NCBI GenBank assembly: GCA_964016885.1
Contig: OZ024747.1
Span: forward strand, 53,444,001 to 53,508,000
From: Eledone cirrhosa
Taxonomy: Eukaryota
Length of the DNA: 64,000 nucleotides
Direction: 5' to 3'
The position numbers and the translations under genes are program-made. The notes under the pieces are model-generated. The model saw only the letters and a list, made by a program, of their open reading frames with translations, was not told the origin of the DNA and searched no databases. Positions 56,903 to 64,000 of the stretch are shown here, piece by piece. Every line of letters begins with the position of its first letter. The first letter of the stretch is position 1.

Positions 56903-57266
56903 TTAATCCTTTACTTACCAACCTGGCCAAAACCAGCTCTGGTTCTATGAAATAAAACCACCCATTTTAACTCTTTAGTTACCAACCTGACTAAAACCAG
57001 CTGTGGTTCTATGAAATAAAACCACCCATTTTAACTCTTTAGTTACCAACCTGACTAAAACCAGCTCTGGTTCTATGAAATAAAACCACCCATTTTAAAG
57101 GTTTCCAATTTAAATTAAAATCTTCCAACATAATCTTATATAAGAACCTTACATTAAGTTACTATCTTAGTAATTAAATAATAATTTCACTAAATGCCTC
57201 AAAATTCTTCATTAATTAATTAAAATAGAGTATATTTCATTAGACATGTGGTAATGAAAGGGTTAA
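56903..57266. mobile_element. piggyBac-like MITE with tandemly triplicated left end (~62-bp unit)
   Basis: TTAA(T/C)(C/T)CTTTA..TTACCA at the left end, three times. TGGTAATGAAAGGGTTAA at the right end. Confidence 0.5.
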
Positions 57267-57368
57267 GTACTGACTAGGTCTGTGATGAACCATCCAAGAA
57301 TTGGCAGCATTTTCTTTTTAGTATGCAGTTGAATAATGGTTTGTGTAGTTTCAGTTAGTAACACCTTA

Positions 57369-57423
<55 letters not shown>

Positions 57424-57555
57424 GCTCGCTTTCTCTCTCTCTCTCTCTCTGTACATACACACTCACATAAGTAGGTGTGTGTTTGTAACTATAAATTTTA
57501 CAAATACATTTTCACATACCTTCATTTACAATTATATACACACATTCACGCACAC

Positions 57556-57591
<36 letters not shown>

Positions 57592-57640
57592 ATGTAAATA
57601 TAAATTTTACATGTACATCTTCACATACCTACAAATACAA

Positions 57641-57712
<72 letters not shown>

Positions 57713-57834
57713 TGAAACTAAACACTCAACACCCAACTAAACGTAAAATAAACAAGAAACCATGAAAATGTTTAAATATATATATGTGTGTGTATGAATA
57801 TATATATAAACACACACATATACACAAACGTATA

Positions 57835-57888
<54 letters not shown>

Positions 57889-57979
57889 CATATACACATT
57901 TCATTTAATCTTGTAAGAGTGTCAAATTACTTCAAACAAAAACAATAACCTTGTTGCATGTGTGTGAGTGTGTGATTGT

Positions 57980-58412
57980 ATATCTGTCTGTGTATGTGTA
58001 TGTGTCTATATGTGTGTGTATCTCCTTCTGTGTGTGTATATCTACATGTGTGTGTTTGAGTGTTTTTCTATCTGTGTGTGTCTGTCTGTATATGCATATG
58101 TGTCTATATGTGTGTGTATCTCCTTCTGTGTGTGTATATCTACATGTGTGTGTTTGAGTGTTTTTCTATCTGTGTGTGTCTGTCTGTATATGCATATGTG
58201 TCTATATGTGTGTGTATCTCCTTCTGTGTGTGTATATCTACATGTGTGTGTTTGAGTGTTTTTTCTATTTGTGTGTGTCTGTCTGTGTATGCATATGTTT
58301 CTATATGTGTGTGTATCTCCTTCTGTGTGTGTATATCTACATGTGTGTGTTTGAGTGTTTTTTCTATCTGTGTGTGTCTGTCTGTGTATGCATATGTTTC
58401 TATATGTGTGTG
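57980..58412. repeat. 98-99 bp x ~4 TG-rich tandem repeat
   Basis: TATCTCCTTCTG...TCTACATG...TTTGAGTG repeated. Confidence 0.88.
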
Positions 58413-59239
58413 TTTGTGTGTCTGTCTATATGTGTGTCTTGTTGCTATTTTTTCTTGTCTTGCTTTATTAATTTACACAGCTTTATATTTGACCTTGTTT
58501 TTTGTTGTTGTTTTTCATCTTCAGTAGTTAGCAACAATTTCACATCCAAGGACCTCTTCTTCTTCTTCTTCTTCTTCTTCTTCTTCTTCTTCTTCTTCTC
58601 CTTCTCCTTCTTCAAAAAATACTAGGTCATATGTGGAGTTGCTTGCTATAAAAACTGTTCTACTATTACCATCCAACATACATATATACATACACACATG
58701 CCTCATACGTACATACATACATACATACATGCATACATACACATAACTACACACATGCACGCTCACACACACACATATATATATACCTACATACATACAA
58801 ACATACACACATACATACCTACATACATACAAACATACATACAAACATACACACACACACACATACATACATATATACATACATATACACACATACATAC
58901 ATAGTTATATGCATACATACATACATACATACATACAAACATACACACACACATACATACATACATATATACATACACACACATACATACTTATATGCAT
59001 ACATACATACACATATACACATACATACACACACACATACATACATACATCATACACACACACACATACATAGCCATACATACACACATACATACATTCA
59101 CACATACATTCATCTTACCTATCTATCCTCCTACCCCTCACCCTGACTGACAAAAGACCCCTAACCATCCTCCACCCCATTCACTCAAGCTTGTAGAAAA
59201 TATATCACTAAATTATTCTAACCAGAAATCATGTAATAA

Positions 59240-59425
59240 TAATAATTGTTTCTACTTTTGGCACAAGGCCAGCAATTATCTCAGCGCATTACTGGTACTT
59301 TATTTTATTGACCCCGTAAGGATGAAAGGCAAAGTTAACCTCGGCGGGATTTGAACTCAGAATGGCAAGGGCCGTAACTCTATGCGTCAAAGGATGGCGT
59401 CTGACCCTCTACCGATACTGCCAAT
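59240..59425 (-). mobile_element. SINE family B
   Basis: Homology to 1998-2183. Confidence 0.8.
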
Positions 59426-59476
59426 AGCTATAATAAAACAGTCATAAATGAATAACTAAATATACCCCCTCCCCTA

Positions 59477-59507
<31 letters not shown>

Positions 59508-59510
<3 letters not shown>

Positions 59511-59854
59511 TCATCATCATCATCATCATCATTTTACGTCCGCTTTTTCCCTGCTTGCAAGGGTGGGACGGGAACTGATTCTGGCTTGATTTCTACAGCT
59601 GGATGCCCTTCCTAAAACCAACCTCATTTACAGTGAGTGCTGGGTGCTTTTTTGCCGTGGCACCTCCACGACTACTTTGCAGTGGAATGGTATGGACCCT
59701 CGTCCCTATCATCTCATTTCTACAGCTGAGTAAACTGGAGCAATGTGAAATAAAGTGTCTTGCTCAAGGAAACAACACATCACCCGGTCTGAGAATTGAA
59801 CTCACAACCTTTCGATTGCAAGGCAATGCTCTAACCACTAAGCCATGTGCCTCC
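59508..59854 (-). mobile_element. SINE family A
   Basis: Same head, core and tail. Confidence 0.85.
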
Positions 59855-59967
59855 ATATATGTATATATATATATATGTATGTAAAAGGTAAATTGAAATA
59901 ACAACACAATCGGTACAGTATATGGAAGAGATATATTAGGTTAATGCTTGATATAGCAGGAAGGGGG

Positions 59968-60003
59968 TCTTAACGTTTCGGGCGCTAGTCCTTCATCAGA
60001 AGA
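59968..60003 (-). ncRNA. Minimal type-I hammerhead ribozyme, slightly degenerate
   Basis: Minus strand: TCTT-CTGATGA-a-GGAC(TAGC)GCCC-GAAACGTT-AAGA. Stem I is 4 bp, stem II has one mismatch and the palindrome is AACGTT. Confidence 0.65.
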
Positions 60004-60325
60004 AAGAATGAGGTCCAAGTTATTCTTCAATCTATTTCTATTTATCATTGTTGTGGTATAAGTATGGCCACTGCCTTTGGTTGCATTTCTTGGTGTCAGA
60101 ATTTCTTAAGTTTGTGTTTATTCTGGATAAGAATGTCTAACTTCTCACTCCATTGAGTGCTTTAAGATTGCCTCAAACAATTCGATTAGTATCGGCTATA
60201 TTGTGGCTACAAACAAGCCAACACACATACATACATACAAACAGACTTGATAACAATGAATATATATATATATATATCATAATTGTTTTAAAGTCCGGTT
60301 TCCCTTTATTATATTGGGAAAGTGG

Positions 60326-60510
60326 CAGTGGATTGGCAGTATCGGTAGAGGGTCAGACGCCATGCTTTCCAGCATAGTTACGTCCCTTTACGATCTGAGT
60401 TCAAATCCCGCCGAGGTTGACTTTGCCTTTCATCCTTACGGGGTCGATAAAATAAAGTACCAGTAATGCTCTGGATAATTTGCTGGCCTTGTGCCTAAAG
60501 TAGAAACAAT
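60326..60510 (+). mobile_element. SINE family B with TSD
   Basis: TSD ATTATATTGGGAAAGTGG at 60308-60325 and 60509-60526. Confidence 0.88.
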
Positions 60511-61159
60511 TATATTGGGAAAGTGGACATTAAAACAATGATGAGGATGATATATATATATATCTATATATATATAGATATATATAGTAGTGAAATATTG
60601 AAGAATAACATGGTCGGCTGTACAAAAATGGTTTTATTAATAGTATTAACAATTGTTTCATTGATCAGGTGAGTCTAAAGGCCGCTAATCATTCAAAGTT
60701 GCGTCAAACTACGTTAAAACTATCCACAGTACCGAGTACTCACAACCTCTAACTGGATTACCTAAAATGATAACTTGTTATCCCATATATATATGTATAT
60801 AATTGTGTAACGTTGAGTGCTTTCCTACCATTTCATCATGGTTAACATTGCAGAATGACCAATTCTACCCAGTGGTGAACCATCAAATTTAAACATATAG
60901 CATGATAATAACGATGTTAATGACATATGTCTGTATATGAATTAGATTCTCATAATCTTCCATGTACTAAATTTTACTTATAAAGCATTGGTTGATCAAT
61001 CCAAGACAATAGTACAAGACTCATCAACTTTTTATCTGAAACACTGTAACATGTACCCTAGTCTACAATAGGATAAAATTACTTTATCTTAATAAATAAA
61101 TGTCCTGTCACTGTATATTGTTAAATATTCTATTTGGTAAATTGTTGTATCAATAAAAT

Positions 61160-61275
61160 ACCCTGTACTACTTTCTTGGGAGTCACTCTGGACCAGTCCC
61201 TTACATGCAAGGACCATATTGCAAATACTAAAGCCAAGGTCAGATCAAGAAACAATACCCTAAAGAAGCTATCTG
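61160..61275 (+). pseudogene. Non-LTR RT fragment (I-group, Ingi/Vingi-like)
   Basis: FLGVTLDQSLTCKDHIANTKAKVRSRNNTLKKL matches the YLGVxLD thumb region. Confidence 0.7.
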
Positions 61276-61437
61276 ATAAATTGTTGTATCAATTAGATAA
61301 ACGATATCAGGGTCAAATTGTTAGCTGAAGTAGAATGAATGATTGAAGTATCAGAAAGAACCTGAAATAGCTGAAATCTAAGGAGCACAGCTTTGGGCCA
61401 CTTTATACAGGCTTACAAATGTTACTTTAGACATAAT

Positions 61438-61617
61438 TGTTTCTACTTTAGGCACAAGGCCAGCAATTACCCAGTGCATTACTGGTACTTTATTTTATCG
61501 ACCCCGTAAGGATGAAAGGCAAAGTCAACCTCGGCGGGATTTGAACTCAGATCGTAAGGGACGTAACTATGCTGGAAAGCATGGCATCCGACCCTCTACT
61601 GATACTGCCAATCCACC
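61438..61617 (-). mobile_element. SINE family B with 17-bp TSD
   Basis: GTTACTTTAGACATAAT at 61421-61437 and 61618-61634. Confidence 0.88.
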
Positions 61618-62466
61618 GTTACTTTAGACATAATGACATGTAAAAATTATTGCTAGGAAAGATATATCCCTTCATTCTTTAAATATTTTAGAATATTTAA
61701 TTTTCACCTTCTCAGTTCCAAGATTAAATATTAACATGATTAATTTTTTTTTTTAAATTTTTTTTTTTAGTTTATACATAAAATAAGTACCAGTAATATA
61801 CTGGTTATATTAAATCGATCCACCTTCTTCTTTCCACCCTCTAGAAAACTGTGAATTTGGCTGCGTGCCTAGTAGAAGAATTGCATTAAAAAATAACTTT
61901 GAAGATTGTATTACAAAAGTTTAACCTTCAATATTTGAAACACTACCAATAATAATAATGATGATAATAACAATAATGAAAATAATAATAATAATAATAA
62001 CGATGATGATAATAATGAAATAATGATGGTGATGATGATGAAGGTGATAATGGTAATGATAATGATGATGAGGATAATGCATATGAAACTGATGATGAAA
62101 CATGATGACGATGATGATGATGATGATGATGATGATGTTGATGATGAAGTTGATAATGATGATGAGGATAATGGGAATGAAAATGATGATGATAAAACTG
62201 ATGATAGTGATGATGATGAAGATGATAATGGTAGTGGTGATGATGATAATAATAATTGTAAAAAAACACAATTCCAAAAAGCAACAAAAAAAAAAAAATA
62301 AACACAGTAGCATTCTAAAGGAATTGGAATTCCAACAAGATTGTATTGCAAATCTTCATTTGAACCTGTTATCTCAGTTTTACCACGTCACATTCTAAAC
62401 AGCAACACTATCATTGTATTTACAATGTGCTAAATTTAGTATACCACCCTTCTCTTCTCACAGACA

Positions 62467-62505
<39 letters not shown>

Positions 62506-62726
62506 TAAAATATATATATATTATATATGTGTGTATGTGAGTGTGTGTGTGTGTGTGTGTATTGGATAAAATATTATAAAGTTCAGTAAAGAAAAAAAAC
62601 TACAGAACAGTGCTATCTTATCATTACTTTTGTTAGTCAAGGATTTGTTGTTGATTTTTAAAGGCCAGTTCTAAAGAAAGATACCACTTCTCTTACATAT
62701 AAGAGAGATATTATCAATAGTGCATA

Positions 62727-62804
<78 letters not shown>

Positions 62805-62884
62805 TGTTAAACGGTGATGCTAATGATATGTACATACATACATATACATATATACACACATACCTACATATGATAATGATGATG

Positions 62885-63172
62885 ATAGTTGCAACTTAAT
62901 TTTGAGTAATGCCATCGCTTCATACTTAAACATGAGCATCATGGACGTGGCTTTTTAGTCCTACTAGGGACCTGCCCAAGGCCAGCAATACCATGCATCA
63001 CAAAAAATGTCACATATCAAGCAATGCCTGTGTTTGAAATTTTTGTAAGTGAGGAAAGGCTTTGCACGGGGACAATCCAACTCTCTGAACATCAAATACA
63101 TTTGCCTGAAAAAAAGAACTGGTCTACATCATTGGATGCAAACAAGGTCGCAGGTTTTATATCAGACTGACC
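62885..63172. repeat. Unclassified interspersed repeat with decayed coding character (copies at ~1181-1545, ~13681-13940, inverted ~13203-13257)
   Basis: Shared ATATCAAGCAAT..CC.GTG, AGTGAG and ACATCATTG. The + frame gives TYQAMPV...SEERLC..PIPLS...LPKKxNWSTSLD across copies. Confidence 0.6.
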
Positions 63173-63473
63173 TTCTCCTAAAGAAATGTCTTAATGAATA
63201 CTAGGAGTCTCTCACTCAAAATAAATAAGTAAATAAATATAAACTTTATTGGATGGCTGTTGACTCTCCTGAGTTCCTCCCCTGTTTGATGGGTTTTGTT
63301 TTTCATCCCGCAAGGTGTCCAAAATCACCCTCGTCACCAAGCACGCTTAGTGGGGTTGCCAGTTTAGTCTCCAATGGCCCGACCATGCATAGGTTGTACT
63401 AGGTTACACGTTACCAGTAGCACTGAAGAGTGAACTGACATAGACATATATATATATTTATAGATACATACAT

Positions 63474-63504
<31 letters not shown>

Positions 63505-63544
63505 ATCATATCTGGATTAGAAACAAGATAAGAAAAAACTCTTT

Positions 63545-63622
63545 AATGTCCCTACTGCAGTTTCATTGAGAAATAACAATACTCCAAGTGTTGTGAGAAA
63601 TCTCAAATCATCAGGAGACATT
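63545..63622 (-). ncRNA. Minimal type-I hammerhead ribozyme with long loop II
   Basis: Minus strand: AATGTCTC-CTGATGA-tTTGAGA...TCTCAAt-GAAA-CTGCAG-TA-GGGACATT. Stem I is 8 bp (one G-U), stem II is 6 bp and the palindrome is CTGCAG. Confidence 0.85.
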
Positions 63623-63847
63623 CTCAGTCAAGAAAGAAAATTCAAGTCAGGAAAATTCTTTCTTGTTCGCTATAAATGATAATTTCAAATGGAAGAAAAA
63701 ATCACGTGATTGGTTGTCAACAGACGGGTAGTAAGGTGGACATTGGCAGGTAACGTGCTGCTAGAAAAGCAGTCAGATTCGGCCAAATTTTGACTCTAGC
63801 ATAGGAGAGAGTATTACAAATTAATTGAAGAAATAAATCTTTACACA

Positions 63848-63980
63848 ATATATAAAGATGTCCAACTGATACCAAGTTTTGTTCTATGAAAGAATTAACA
63901 GAGATCAATCCATTCAAAGCTTATCTCTGTAAATTCTTTCATAGACCAAAACTTGCTATCAGGTGGACGTCCTTATATAT
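63848..63980. repeat. Inverted repeat, 58-bp diverged arms
   Basis: 63848-63905 versus 63923-63980, with TA at both ends. Confidence 0.75.
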
Positions 63981-64000
63981 ATCTATACTTGTGTAAAGAT

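Noticed and set aside
56676-56930. 84-aa minus-strand ORF with a good acceptor near 56843
   Set aside because: No convincing donor and no recognisable protein.

Overview
AT-rich, microsatellite-saturated animal genomic DNA. The SINE/LINE repertoire resembles an octopod cephalopod, which is an inference from recalled repeat families and not a database result. Almost all ORFs in the track are artefacts of (TA)n, (CA)n, (CCA)n or (GAT)n repeats. Supported content: (1) a young 5'-truncated RTE-clade LINE with an uninterrupted RT and Cys-finger ORF (26814-28937), plus a decayed second copy. (2) At least two abundant tRNA-headed SINE families, one sharing the RTE 3' end. (3) An R4/Dong endonuclease remnant in (TAA)n and an I-group RT fragment. 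(4) hAT-, mariner- and piggyBac-like MITEs and many minisatellites. (5) A few low-confidence minus-strand exon candidates. The most notable signal is a set of short non-coding elements, most inserted in (TA)n tracts and many folded into inverted repeats. They carry at least 8 minimal type-I hammerhead ribozyme motifs (stem I, CUGANGA, stem II, GAAA, palindrome, UH) from about 7 unrelated sequence families. One has the tandem-plus-inverted architecture of a Penelope-like or retrozyme-type non-autonomous element, with a ~470-nt monomer.
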